A stretch of 64,000 nt of DNA from contig NC_086097.1 in NCBI RefSeq assembly GCF_963921235.1, forward strand, positions 26,724,001 through 26,788,000. Direction: 5' to 3'. This document shows positions 1 through 12,252 of this stretch, one piece after another. The DNA is from Mobula hypostoma. Its lineage: Eukaryota. Positions within the stretch are counted from its first letter, which is position 1, and every line of letters begins with the position of its first letter. Under the pieces are notes generated by a model. It was not told where the DNA came from and did not search any database. It worked only from the letters and a program-made list of their open reading frames with translations. A program made the translations under genes and the position numbers.

Positions 1-289
1 GGTTTGAGGATAAAGGGGAAGCCTTTTAGGACTGAGATTAGGAAAAACTTCTTCACACAGAGAGTGGTGAATCTGTGGAATTCTCTGCCACAGGAAACAG
101 TTGAGGCTAGTTCATTGGCTATATTTAAAAGGGAGTTAGATATGGCCCTTGTGGCTACGGGGATCAGGGAGTACGGAGGGAAGGCTGCTGCAGGGTTCTG
201 AGTTGGATGATCAGCCATGATCATACTGAATGGCGGTGCAGGCTCGAAGGGCCGAATGGCCTACTCCTGCACCTATTTTCTATGTTTCT
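1..289 (+). mobile_element. CR1-clade LINE 3' end (ORF2 C-terminus plus 3' UTR stem-loop), truncated by the window edge
   Basis: ORF 4-201 has the CR1 ORF2 C-terminal motif RKNFFTQRVVNLWNSLP; 3' UTR hairpin ggtgcagg...cctgcacc; near-identical to 11760-12048 and 12705-13000. Confidence 0.9.
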
Positions 290-436
290 GATCCTTCAAC
301 GAGGATAGGTTTGTGTTCTCTCGTTCTCCCCTTTTTGAAGTTCACAATCAGCTCTTTCATTTGATTGACATTGGAGTGCAAGGTTGTTGCTGCAGCGCCT
401 CTCAACCAGCTGGTATATCTCACTCCTGTATGTCCA
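290..436 (-). mobile_element. Rex1/Babar LINE RT fragment
   Basis: Translation NVNQMKELIVNFKKG..HKPILVEGSE matches LNVSKTKELIIDFRR..HKPVLIGGSE in the 6547-7173 ORF. Confidence 0.75.
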
Positions 437-1429
437 GATGAGGCTGGACAAGCTGGGGCTGTTTCCACTGGAGGGAAGGAGGCTGAGGGTTGACCTTATA
501 GACCTGCAGGGGTGGTGTGCCTATTTGAGAGCATGTTCCCAATATGTTTCTCATGCATGGGAATCTGAGCAGAGATTACCATTGATTAATGAACTAGTAA
601 CAATAATTATGGACTTTTTTTTAGGGAAAAAGGATGTCCTGATGCTTATTACATGATTTTATTGTTTTACTATTAATAAAAGTGTAATAGAAACAGATTG
701 AAATAAATAAAGCATTTTAGGAGCCCTGTTAAAATTAATATTAATCTTTGAAAACAACAATTATTAAAATAGCATAATTTATGTTCTCTGGTGAATGTTG
801 CATTTCTAATGCTCTGTGCCTGTGATACTGCTCTAAGTAAGCATTTCATTGCACCTGTGCATACATATACTTCAGCACATGAGGATACACTTGACTTTGA
901 CTTAATTCATCCTAGGAAGGGATAAAGGTTAATATCTCAGGTCTGAATGTTCTTAAGCAGGGTCTCAGATCTGCGACATTAACTCTGTTTCTGTTCCCAC
1001 TGGTAGCACCTGACCTGCTGAAAATATACAATGTTTTATGTTCTTATTGCCTCTGTGTATACCACAGATTAATAGGCACTCCTGTCTCCAAGTACTTTGT
1101 CCCCCTGATCTGGAAGCAGATACAATAATAATGTTTGAGAGACTTTCAGGTGGATACATGAATGGAGGGTCATGGATTACCTGCAGGCAGAAGAAACTTT
1201 GTTTAATTTGGCATTATGTTTGATACAGGCATGATGGAATGAAGGGCCTGTTCCTGTTCTATATATCCCTGGTGAAATCTCAGAACACCAATTTTCATTA
1301 CTGGCGGCCACAGCTCTCCACCTTTAAATCCCATGACTTGAGAAGCCCAGAGTACTCTCCATAGCTTGGTAACAGCGTTATCTTAGCGTTCCTGCAAAAT
1401 GACAATGCTTGAACTCAGATGCTGGCATG

Positions 1430-2545
1430 CAGGCAAACTGGTATGGAGGATCCATTGCACATAATCGAAGAAAGCTGCAGAGGGTCATAAACTCAGTTAG
1501 CTCTATCATGGGCACTTTGCTCCCTTTTGAGGATATCTTCAAAAGGTGGTGCTTCAGGAAGGCAGCATCCATAATTAAACATGCTCTCTATCCAGGACAC
1601 ACCCTCTTCTCATTACGGTGGATTCTGGTTAACTGGGACACATCAGGACCAATACATTTTGACTCAATTAGGTAGCTGCCCCAATTAGCTGAAGTTTGAT
1701 GGAAATAATTAAAAAGGTATATAAAAAATGAACTACCATTTAAGTGAATGCCACTTACATATTTAAATGAAATAAAGAAGAAGTTAGAACACTACCAATG
1801 CTACTACAGTAAACTTTATATTAATCCCTAATGCTTATTGAAGGAGGAATTCATCCAGTCTATGCTGTCGTGTTCTTTCGATCGACTCTGAATGAACAAA
1901 ATCAGCGCAGACACCTATTGCAGATAATGGACAGCCTTCATACAATGACATTGACAACTGCATCCTCCAAACCTTCATTTTCATTGTAATATTCAAGATG
2001 ATTGCCGATACCTTCCAATTCTTCATCCTTCCTAACTTGTTGAAGTAGTGAAATTGTTTCACTTTCACTCCTGGCTGTTTCTGGCATCTCCAAGCCTGAA
2101 TGCTTGAAACCACAGTGGGCAAAACAGTTCTGAATTGTCTTATTGCTTATTGCTCACTGCTTTTTGAACATAAACGCATACAACTGATGCTATTTAAGAA
2201 CTGTTTGCTCGAAGCACGGTGTAGTGTCTAACAGCCACACGAGTGTACACAACCAGCACTTACTGTTCAGCAACAGTCTCCCGTCAATAATGCAGCATAG
2301 CTGAGTAAATAAACAAAGGAAATCTCAGCTATTTTATCGATTAATTTTTGTTCTTTAAGAGTTGTCCCATATAAAGTGGCTGCCTGATTAACTGAAGTCT
2401 CAATTAACCGCAATCCACTGTACTACCATCAGAGAGGAGGTACAGGAGCCTGAAGATGTACACTCAATGTTTTAGGGACAGCTTCTTCCCCTCTACCATC
2501 AGATTTCCGAATGGTCCATGAACACTACTTCATTATTTCGCTCAC
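1430..2545 (+). mobile_element. Rex1/Babar LINE 3' fragment, split by a DNA transposon
   Basis: WYGG..RKLQRVINS..RKAASIIK..HTLFSL stops at 1615 and resumes at 2421 with ctaccatcagagaggaggtacaggagcctgaag. Confidence 0.8.
1616..2420. mobile_element. Non-autonomous Tc1/mariner (Tigger/pogo-like) DNA transposon
   Basis: TIRs cggtggattctggttaactg / caattaaccgcaatccactg; TA at 1614-1615 and 2421-2422; a second copy lies at 19645-21308. Confidence 0.85.
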
Positions 2546-3179
2546 CAGCCTCCCCACCACTGAGGACACTGTCAACAGGCAGTATTCCTCTTTAAAGACC
2601 CTCACCATTCTGGACATGTTGTCTTTGTGCTATTACCATTAGGAAGGAGTACAGGAGCCTGAAGACTCACACTCAATGTTTTAGGAACAGCTTATTCCCT
2701 TGTGCAATCTGATTCGGAATGGTTCATGAACACAACTCGTTTTTTTGTCCTTTGGGCTATTTATTAATTTTTTGTCTTGCACTGCAAAATAACAAATTTT
2801 ATAATATATCAAAATAAACTTTATACACAGTAAATAATTACTTACAAGAAAATAATGTGCACTGTGTTTTCATTCTTACATTCATAGTCAATGCTTTAAG
2901 TAACGCTGTATTACATTTTTAAAAACCAATAGCACAGTTGCCACTCATGTGGCCTCCCAGGGTGGTATTCTACTACATTAATTGAGGGGCTTCCTCACTC
3001 AACCTGACCCGTCCCTCTCAGAAACAGGATCAGGTTTAGTATCACCGGCAAATGTCGTGAAATTTGTTGACTTTGTGGCAGCAGTACAATGCCATCATTC
3101 CCCATCGAGCCCTTGCAGTGGCTGCATCAAGCTTCAGTGTGTCCCTCAGTACGTAATCCTAGAGTTGCAGAGTCGTATA

Positions 3180-5205
3180 ACATTACAGCACAGAAACAGG
3201 AGCTTTGGCCCATCTAATCTGTGATGAACTATTAATTTGCTGAGTCCCATTGACTTGCAAGTGGACCATAGGCCTCCATACCCCATGCACATCCACCTAC
3301 CTATCCAAATTTCTCTTAAATGTTGAAATTGAATCTACATCCAACACTTCCACTGGCAGCTCATTCCACACTCTCACCACCCTCCACCCTCCCGACTGAA
3401 GAGTTCCCACTCACGTTTCCCTTAACCTATAACCTCTCCTTTTAGTCTTACCCAACCTCAGTGGAAAAAGCTTGCTTACATTTATCCTACCTATACCCTT
3501 CATACTTTTGTATACCACTGCCAAAGGTCCTCTCATTGTACTATGCTCCAGGGAATAATGCTTTGACCTATTCAATTTTTCCATATAATTCAGGTCTTCA
3601 AGCCCTGGCAACATCCCTGTAACTTTCCTCTGCACACTTTCAATCTTACTGGTATCTTTCCTGTATGTAGGTGACTAAAACTGCACAGAATAATGCAGAT
3701 TAGGCCTCACCAATGTTTTATACACTTCAACATAAAATGTCAACTCCTGTGTTCAATACTTTGATTTATGAAGGCCAATACACCAGAAGCTTTCTTTATA
3801 ACCCTAGCAACACACACAAGATGCTGGAGGAACTCAGCAAGTCAGTCAGCATCGATGGAAAAGAGTACAGTTGATATTTTGGGCCAAGACCCTTCAGCAG
3901 GACAGTCCTGCTTCAACTTCAATGCTGAGCGACTGAACCTTCTTGACTAACCTCCCATGTGGGACATTGTTAACGGCCTCGCTAAAGTCCAAATGGACCA
4001 CATCCACTTCCCTGGTAACTTCCTCAAAAAACTCTGTAAGATTGGTTAAGCACGACCTACCACACATATTGATTGTCCCTAATCAGTCCCTGTCCATCCA
4101 AATACTTATATTCGATCCCTTAGAATGGCTTCCAATAACTACCACTACTGATGTCAGGCACACTGACCTATAATTTCCTGGCTTATTCTTAGAGTCTTTC
4201 TGAAACAATGGAGCAACACTAGCTATCCTCCAATCTTCCAGAACCTCACTCGAGGCTAAACATCTCTGCTAGGGTCCTGCAATTTCTGCACTAGCTATCC
4301 ACCCTAATTTTCCTCAGGACAGCAAATACCTCCTCCTCTGTAATTTGTATAGGATCCAAGAACTTACTGCAAAAAATCTATTGAAGATCTCCCCATCTCT
4401 TTCGGCTCCATACACAGGTGACCACTGTGACCTTCCAGAACAATCATTTTGCTCTTAAGATATTTGTTGAAGCCCTTGGGTTTCTCCTTCACCTTACCTG
4501 CTATGCACCTCTTTTTTTTCTGAAACAGGGCCTCAATATCTCTGGAAAACTAGGGTTTCCTTAACCTGTTATCCTTGCCTTTTATTCTAACAGGAAGGTA
4601 CAAACTCTGTACTCTTAAAATTTCACCTTTGAAGGTCTCCAAGCTACCAAATATATTTTTGCCAGAAAACAGCCTGTCCCAATCCACACCTGCCAGATTC
4701 TTTTTGATACCATCAAAATTGGCGTCTCTCCAATTTAGAACCTCAGTCCAAGGACCAGACCTATCCTTCTCCATAATTATCTTGAAATTAATGGCACAAT
4801 GATCGCTAGATGCAAAGTGTTCCCCTAGTTAGGACCTCTATGTACTAATTAAGAAAACTTTCCTGAATACATTTGACAAATTCTATCCCAGTCAGTCCTG
4901 TTACATTGTGGGAGTCCCAGTCAATATATGGAAAGCTAAAATAATCCTCAATCACAACCTAATATCACCTACTATCATGATGGCAAAGTGTTCCCTTGCA
5001 CAAACTCTGTCACCTACCCAGTCTCATTCCCTAATAGGAGATCAATTCTCTTGTTGATCTTCTTGGGATTTCTATGTACTGATTAAGGAAACTTTCCTGA
5101 ACACATTTTGACAAACTCTATATCATCCAGCCCATCTACAGTATGAGAGTCCCAGTCAATAAGTGGAAAGCTAAAATCATCTACTATCACAACCTTATGT
5201 TCTTG
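3180..5205 (-). mobile_element. Old, fragmented CR1 LINE (3' UTR to endonuclease region) with a short Penelope-terminus insert at about 3807-3905
   Basis: Minus-strand ORFs MQRKVTGMLPGLEDLNYMEKL and EVLNWRDANFDGIKKNLAGVDWDRLF. Confidence 0.75.
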
Positions 5206-5634
5206 CACCCACCACAGTCATCCCGAGAGTAGTGAGCCGTGGGACTGACCACATACCTCAGTGATAATAAAGCTGATTGTAATTTCTCATTGAGATGAAT
5301 GTGCTCCGTGTATAATTAGCATTGGACACTGTAATGAGGATGGCTAAGTCACAGATCAGCACACAGTTCACTGAATGGACACAAAGGACTCAGTCTGTCA
5401 AAGCCCTGCTGATCAGGAAGAACATGTTTACCTAGATGACCTCTGGGGTGGAGGATTTCAGTTTTGTGTGCAAACTAGAAAGTGTGGGGTTACGACATTG
5501 CCTACGACATTTTTGAGCAGAAAGCATTAAGAGATGGTTTCCCAGTCAGATAATAAAAGGTTTTGAAGGAGCTGGGTAAGTCTTTTCTCTCTGTCAAGTA
5601 GATCAGAAACTACAGATAATAGATTGAGAACACT

Positions 5635-6315
5635 TAGACCATAAGACAAAGGAGCAGAATTTGGCCATTTGGCCCATCGAGTCTGCTCCGCCATTTTATC
5701 ATGAGCTGATCCATTCTCCCATTTAGTCCCACTCCCCCGCCTTCTAACCATAACCTTTGATGCCCTGGCTACTCAGATACCTGTCAATCTCTGCTTTAAA
5801 TACACCCAATGACTTGGCCTCCACTGCTGCCCGTGGCAACAAATTCCATAGATTCACCACCCTCTGGCTAAAAAAATTTCTTCGCATCTCTGTTCCAAAT
5901 GGGCGCCCTTCAATCCTTAAGTCACGCTCTCTGGTACTAGACTCCCCCATCATGGGAAACAACTTTGCCACATCCACTCTGTCCATGCCTTTCAACATTC
6001 GAAATGTTTCTATGTGGTCCCCCCTCATTCTTCTAAACTCCAAGGAATACAGTCCGAGAGCGGACAAACGTTCCTCATATGTTAACCCTCTCATTCCCAG
6101 AATCATTCTAGTGAATCTTCTCTGTACCCTCTCCAACGTCAGCACATCCTTTCTTAAATAAGGAGACTAAAACTGCCCACAGTACTCCAAGTGAGGTCTC
6201 ACCAACGCCTTATAGAGCCTCAACATCACATCCCTGCTCCTATACTCTACTCCTCTAGAAATGAATGCCAACATTGCATTCACCTTCTTCACCACCGACT
6301 CAACCTGGAGGTTAA
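5635..6315 (-). mobile_element. Young 5'-truncated CR1 LINE
   Basis: ORF 5744-6145 is almost identical to the C-terminus of ORF 43753-44727; tail tcttatggtcta; possible short TSD aacac. Confidence 0.92.
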
Positions 6316-6389
6316 AACACCTCTACTCCCTCAGCTTGGTAGGGGATCATGTAGAAGGGCTCGTAGATTCATGGTCAGGTACAGAAATT

Positions 6390-7250
6390 CGAAGTTCAAA
6401 GTGAATTTATTATCAAAGTACATATTCATTTTCTTGCAGTCATATTCAATCAATCTAATAACCATAATAGAATCAATGAAAATGGCACCAACCAGTGTGC
6501 AAAAGACAACAAACTGTGCAAATACAAAAAAAAATAAGCAAACAGCTCAGTGATGGGGCAAGTGAAGTTGAGTGAAATTATCCCATCTGGTTGAGGGGTA
6601 ATAACTGTTCCTGAATCTGGTGGTGTGAGTCCTGAGGCTCCTGTACCTTCTTCCTGATGGCAGCAGTGAGAAGAGAGCATGTCTGGGGAGGTGGGGGTCC
6701 CTGATGATGGATGCTGCTTTCCTGCGGCAATGCTTCGTGTAGATGTGCTCAATGGTGGGGAGGGCTTTACCCGTGATGGACTGGGCTGTATCCACCACTT
6801 TTTGGAGGATTTTCCATTCAATGCTATTGGTGTTTCCATACCAGGCAGTGATGCAGCCAGTCAGTATACTCTCCAGCACACATCTATAGAAGTCTGTCAA
6901 AGTTTTTGATGTCATGCTGAATCTTTGCAAACTCCGAAGGGAGTAGAGGTGTTGTTGTGCTTTCTTCGTAATTGCATTCACGTGTTGGACCCAGGATAGG
7001 TCCTCAGAAATGATAACACCAAGGAATTTAAAGTAGCTGACCCTCTCCACCTCTGATCCCCCAATGAGGACTGGTTTATGGACCTCTGGTTTCTTCCTCC
7101 TGAAGTCAATAATCAGCTCCTTGGTCTTACTGACATTGAGTAAGAGGTTGTTGCTGTGGCACCACTCACCCATATTTCCAATCTCCCTTCTGTATGCTGA
7201 TTCGTCACCACCTTTGATTTGCCTACGACAGTGGTGTTGTCAGCAAACTT
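6390..7250 (-). mobile_element. Rex1/Babar LINE, RT C-terminal region plus 3' UTR
   Basis: ORF 6547-7173 WCHSNNLLLNVSKTKELIIDFRRK..FKFLGV..LLPSGRRYRSLRTHTTRFRNS; adjacent frame KFADNTTVVG (RT FADD-like motif). Confidence 0.9.
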
Positions 7251-8131
7251 CAAATTTGAACTTTTGAAATGATGCTTTTTTGGGGAATGACGCCTGTGAT
7301 GCTGCTGCACCGAGTTTTTCACTGCACCTGTGCATACGTACATGTACGTGTGCACGTGAACAATAAACTCAACTGTGACTGTTATGATACAGAAAGCACT
7401 CATGGAACATCGAACATAGAAATCTACAGCACATTACAGGTCCTTCGGCCCACAATGTTGTATTGACCAACTGACAGGAATTTGCAGAGTGGTGTGGAAA
7501 GAAATTAATAATAATAATAATAACTTATTTATAGAGCACATCTCATACTAACAATCTAATTCAAAGTGCTTTACAAGGGGATAAAGTGCAAACATACAAA
7601 TAAAAGACAAAAAGATGTTAGTTAAGAGCAAGGTTAAAAAAATAGGTTTTGAGAGGGATCGCGTCTACATCCCTTATAGCTTTAGGTACTGAGTTCCACA
7701 GTTTAGCAGCGTGGTTAAAAAAGCTGACCTGTCAATTTTCTTTTGAGGGAGGTTGTTTAAATTTAACAGACCGATGGAAGAAGACCTGAGAACTTGAGCA
7801 GGATTACAAAATGAAAGGGATTCTGTGATGTACTACAGTCCCAGACCATTGAGAGCTTTAAAAACAAGTAAGAGAACTTTTAAGATCAATTCTAAAAGAC
7901 ATAGGAAGCTATTGCAGAGAGTTTGGATGGGAGTGATATACTCTCTCATTCAGGTTTTAGTTAAAAGTCTAGCAGCACTGTTCCCTACGCGACTCCCTTG
8001 TCCATTCGTCCCCTCCATCCCTTCCCACCGATCTCTCTCCCGGCACTTATCCTTGTAAGCGGAACAAGTGCTACACATGCCCTTACACTTCCTCCCTCAC
8101 TACCATTCAGGGCCCCAGACAGTCCTTCCAG

Positions 8132-8458
8132 GTGAGGCAACACTTCACCTGTGAGTCGGCTGGGGTGATATACTGCGTCCAGTGCTCCCAATGCGGCCTT
8201 CTATATATTGGCGAGACCCGACGCAGGCTGGGAGACCGTTTCGCTGAACACCTATGCTCTGTCCGCCAGGGAAAGCAGGATCTCCCAGTAGCCACACATT
8301 TTAATTCCACATCCCATTCCCATTCTGACATGTCTATCCACGGCCTCCTCTACTGTCAAGATGAAGCCACACTCAGGTTGGAGGAACAACACCTTATTTT
8401 CCGTCTGGGTAGCTTCCAACCTGATGGCATGAACATTGACTTCTCTAACTTCTGTTAA
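8132..8458 (+). pseudogene. Penelope GIY-YIG endonuclease domain; open frame but 5'-truncated
   Basis: RQHFTCESAGVIYCVQCSQCGLLYIGETRRRLGDRFAEHL..PVATHFN..LEEQHLIFRLGSFQPDGMN. Confidence 0.88.
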
Positions 8459-8786
8459 TGCCCCTCCTCCCCTTCGTACCCCATCTGTTATTTATTTATT
8501 TATTTATCTATCTATCTATCTATCATCATCATTTTTTTCTCTCTTTTTTCTCTTCCTCTGTCTCTTTCACTATAACTCCTTGCTCATCCTCTGGACTCCC
8601 CTCCCCCCTTCTTTCTCCCTAGGCCTCCCGTCCCATGATCCTCTCCCTTCTCCAGCCTTGTATGCCTTTCGCCAATCAACTTTCCAGCTCTTGGCTCCAT
8701 CCCTCCCCCTCCTGTCTTCTCCTATCATTTCGGATCTCCCCCTCCCCCTCCCACTTTCAACTCTCTTACTATCTCTTCTTTCAGTT

Positions 8787-8822
8787 AGTCCGGACGAAGG
8801 GTCTCAGCCCGAAACGTCGACA
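8787..8822 (+). ncRNA. Minimal type I hammerhead ribozyme motif with a mutated core
   Basis: agtc-CGGACGA-a-ggg tctcag ccc-GAAAC-GTC-gac; CUGA changed to CGGA. Confidence 0.6.
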
Positions 8823-9564
8823 GTACCTCTTCCTAGAGATGCTGCCTGGCCTGCTGCGTTCACCAGCATTTTTTATGTGTGTTGCTTGAATCTCCAGCAA
8901 CTGCAGATTTCCTCGTGTTTGCAGCACTGTTCTGAATGAGTTGAAGTCTGTCAATAGATTGCTTTGGAAGGCCAGTAAAAAGTGCATTGCAGTAATCCAG
9001 TCTACGCAATATATTAAAAAAAATGCAGAGTTGTGTGGAAAAGGGTCAAGAGAAGGACCAAACAGAACAGTACTTTCCAGAAGGCAGCAACAGGACTACA
9101 GGCAGAAGGATCCCATCTTCATTCTGCACTGCTGTGTGCAGTACAGGGGATATGCTTGCAGACTAACCTCCATGTAATCCCCCTTCCTCCTCCCAGAAGC
9201 AGGTTATGCATTGCTGGTCAAACGCTTATTGTTCTGAAGGTCATTCTCAATCTTGGGCGCCATTATTCAAAGTCAGACACACATGTCAAACTAGAATCAG
9301 AATGTTGGCATTTAATAAATTGCAAGTAAATGTGACAGGATTACATGCCTGGTTTTATTTTCAAAAGGAAGAATTTGCACAGCTTCTTTCACAAGCATCG
9401 CACCTCCCCAAAAGTGTTTTATAGCCAATTAAGCACTTGAAGTGTAGCTGCTGTTGTAAGGTAGAAAAGGTAAAAGGGGGGTGTCAAATATTGACTGATA
9501 AATATCCCAACAAAAATCTTTATGATATGTTACTATGTTGGAGGATAATATACCAATGAAGCTA

Positions 9565-10180
9565 AAAACGCAAACATGAGGAAACCTGCAGATGCTGGAA
9601 TTTCAAGCAACACACATAAAAGTTGCTGGTGAACGCAGCAGGCCAGGCAGTATCTATAGGAAGAGGTACAGTCGACGTTTCAGGCCGTGACCCTTCGTCA
9701 GGACTAACTGAAGGAAGAGTGAGTAAGGGATTTGAAAGTTGGAGGGGGAGGGGGAGATCCAAAATGATAGGAGAAGACAGGAGGGGGAGGGATGGAGCCA
9801 AGAGCTGGACAGGTGATAGGCAAAAGGGGATACGAGAGGATCATGGGACAGGAGGCCTAGGGAGAAAGAAAGGGGGAGGGGGGAAGCCCAGAGGATGGGC
9901 GATAACAGATGGAGTACGAGGGGGAGATGGGGCACTAACGGAAGTTGGAGAAGTCAATGTTCATGCCATCAGGTTGGAGGCTACCCAGATGAAATATAAG
10001 GTGTTCCTCCAACCTGAGTGTGGCTTCATCTTTACAGTAGAGGAGGCCGTGAATAGTCATACCAGAATGGGAATGGGACGTGGAATTAAAATGTGTGGCC
10101 ACTGGGAGATCCTGCATATGTTAATTCCACGTCCCATTCCCATTCTGACATGTCTATCCATGGCCTCCTCTACTGTAAAG
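9565..10180 (-). mobile_element. Penelope-like element 3' part with a fold-back duplication at its 5' end
   Basis: ORF 9935-10117 QDLPVATHFN..LGSLQPDGMNIDFSNFR; reverse complement of 8300-8920; 10121-10180 is an inverted copy of 10030-10089. Confidence 0.9.
9670..9705 (-). ncRNA. Minimal type I hammerhead ribozyme with an intact catalytic core, in a Penelope terminal repeat
   Basis: Minus strand agtc-CTGACGA-a-ggg tcacgg cct-GAAAC-GTC-gact: stem I agtc/gact, stem II, GAAA, palindromic ACGT stem III, GUC cleavage triplet. Confidence 0.75.
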
Positions 10181-10805
10181 CATTGGCCTTCATATATGAA
10201 AGTACTGAGTACAGGAGTTGGATGTTATGTTGAAGTTGTATAAGATGCTGGTGAAGTAAATCTGGAGTACTGGGTGCAGTTCTGGTCATTGACTTACAGG
10301 AAAGGTATCAATAATGTTGAAAGACAACAGAGAAGATGCAGAAGGATATTGCCGGGGTTTGAGGGCCTGAATTATCATGAAAGGTTGAAAAGGTTAGGAC
10401 TTAATTTTCAAGAGTGTAGGAGAATGAGGAGGGATTTGATGGAGATATTCAAAATTATGAGATGTATAGATAAGGCAAATGCAAGCAGGATTTTTCCACT
10501 GAGGTTGGGTGAAACTAGAACTAGATGTCATAGTTTAAGGGTGAAAGGTGAAATATTTAGTAGGAACCAGAGGGGTGGGAGGGAACCTCTTCATTCAGAG
10601 GGTGATGGGAGTGCAGAATGAGCTGCAGTGGAAGTGGGGGATGTGGGTTGATTGCAACATTTAGGAGAATTTTGGATAAGTACATGGAAGGGAGGGGCAT
10701 GGAGGGCTATGGTCTAGGTGTGGGACAATGGGACCAGGCAAAATAACAAATTGGCATGGACTAGATGGGTCAAAAGGCCTGTTTCTGTGCTGTAGTGCTC
10801 TATGT
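10181..10805 (+). mobile_element. Old CR1 LINE 3' part
   Basis: ORF 10274-10621 QFWSLTYRKGINNVER..RLKRLGL..RMRRDLMEIFKIM. Confidence 0.82.
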
Positions 10806-10859
10806 CCACAACCTGATCAGGCAGTGGTTAGCGCCGAACATCCTGCTGCCATTGTGGGA

Positions 10860-11330
10860 AGACACCATGGAATACATTGTAAAGAGGTTCCTATCAGAAT
10901 GCATCACAACATGGTACAACAACTTCTTGCCCAAGACTGCATGAAACTGCCAAGGGTTGTGAACACTGTCCAGTCTACCATGGAAGCCATTGACTCTGTC
11001 ACACTTCCCGCTGCCTTGGAGAAGCAGCCAACATAATGAAAAATCCTTCCCTCCCTGGTCATTCCCTCTTCTCCCCACTTCCAGCAGACAGAAGATACAC
11101 ACCCTGGGGACATGTACAATCAGCCCCAGAACTGCTTCTTTCTCACTGTTATGAGCCCCTTTATGATGAATTCTTGGTGTCCCGATCTACCTTGTTATGG
11201 TTCTTGCATTTTATTTGGCTATCTGCACTGCACTTTGGCTGTAACTGTAACACTATACCCCATATTCTGTATTTTTTCCCTTCTGTACTATTTTGATATG
11301 CCGAAGTATAATATTTGTACTACCTAAGTT
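10860..11330 (+). mobile_element. Degenerate Rex1/Babar 3' fragment
   Basis: atgcatcacaacatggtac..caagactgcatgaaactg; PGHSLFSPLPADRRY. Confidence 0.65.
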
Positions 11331-11351
11331 ATTACCCTACAAGTAATAACG

Positions 11352-12048
11352 AGACCTGGGTGTCATTGTACACCAGTCATTGAAAGTAGGCATATCAGGC
11401 GGTGAAAAAGGCGAATGGTATGCTGGCATTCATAGCAAGAGGATTCGAGTACAGGAGCAGGGAGGTACTACTGCAGTTGTACAAGGCCTTGGTGAGACCA
11501 CACCTGGAGTATTGTGTGCAGTTTTGGTCCCCTAATCTGAGGAAAGACATCTTTGTCATAGAGGGAGTACAAAGAAGGTTCACCAGATTGATTCCTGGGA
11601 TGGCAGACTTTCATATGAAGAATGACTGGATGAATTGGGCTTGTACTCGTTGGAATTTAGAAGATTGAGGGGGGATCTGATTGAAACGTATAAGATCCTA
11701 AAGGCTAGATGCAGGAAGATTGTTCCCGATGTTGGGGAAGTCCAGAATGAGGGGTCACAGTTTAAGGATAAAGGGGAAGCCTTTTAGGACCGAGATTAGG
11801 AAAAACTTCTTCACACAGAGAGTGGTGAATCTGTGGAATTCTCTGCCACAGGAAACAGTTGAGGCCAGTTCATTGACTATATTTAAGAGGGAGTTAGATA
11901 TGGCCCTTGTGGCTACGGGGATCAGGGGGTATGGAGAGAAGGCAGGTACAGGGTTCTGAGTTGGATGATCAGCCATGATCATACTGAATGGCGGTGCAAC
12001 CTCGAAGGGCCGAATGGCCTACTCCTGCACCTATTTTCTATGTTTCTA
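11352..12048 (+). mobile_element. Young 5'-truncated CR1 LINE
   Basis: KKANGMLAFIARG..LVRPHLEYCVQFWSP; tail ttttctatgtttcta. Confidence 0.92.
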
Positions 12049-12252
12049 AGTATCAGGCTCCTGAACAGTTTTGTTGTAAAGTACACATGTTAATTTCACT
12101 CACCATTACTCTGAACTGATTCTACAACTACAGACTCACTTGCAATGACTTTTCACAACTATTGCTCTCAATCTTATTCTATTTGCCCAGTTTGTCTTCT
12201 TTCGCACATTGGTAGTTTGTCAGCCTTTGTTTTTTTTCCATGAGCGTTGGTT

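Larger units (their letters stand above)
7984..8920 (+). mobile_element. 5'-truncated Penelope-like element (GIY-YIG endonuclease plus terminal repeat)
   Basis: GVIYCVQCSQCGLLYIGET (GIY-YIG); 12-bp TSD gcagcactgttc at 7972-7983 and 8921-8932. Confidence 0.92.
7506..9030 (-). mobile_element. L2-clade LINE 3' part, interrupted by a Penelope element
   Basis: Minus strand of 8921-9005 reads RLDYCNALFTGLPKQSIDRLQLIQNSAA (L2 hallmark); L2-type 3' end gtaaagcactttgaat..gtatgagatgtgctctata followed by (tta)n. Confidence 0.82.

Noticed and set aside
9623..10243. 206-aa ORF
   Set aside because: Antisense read-through of a purine-rich Penelope terminus
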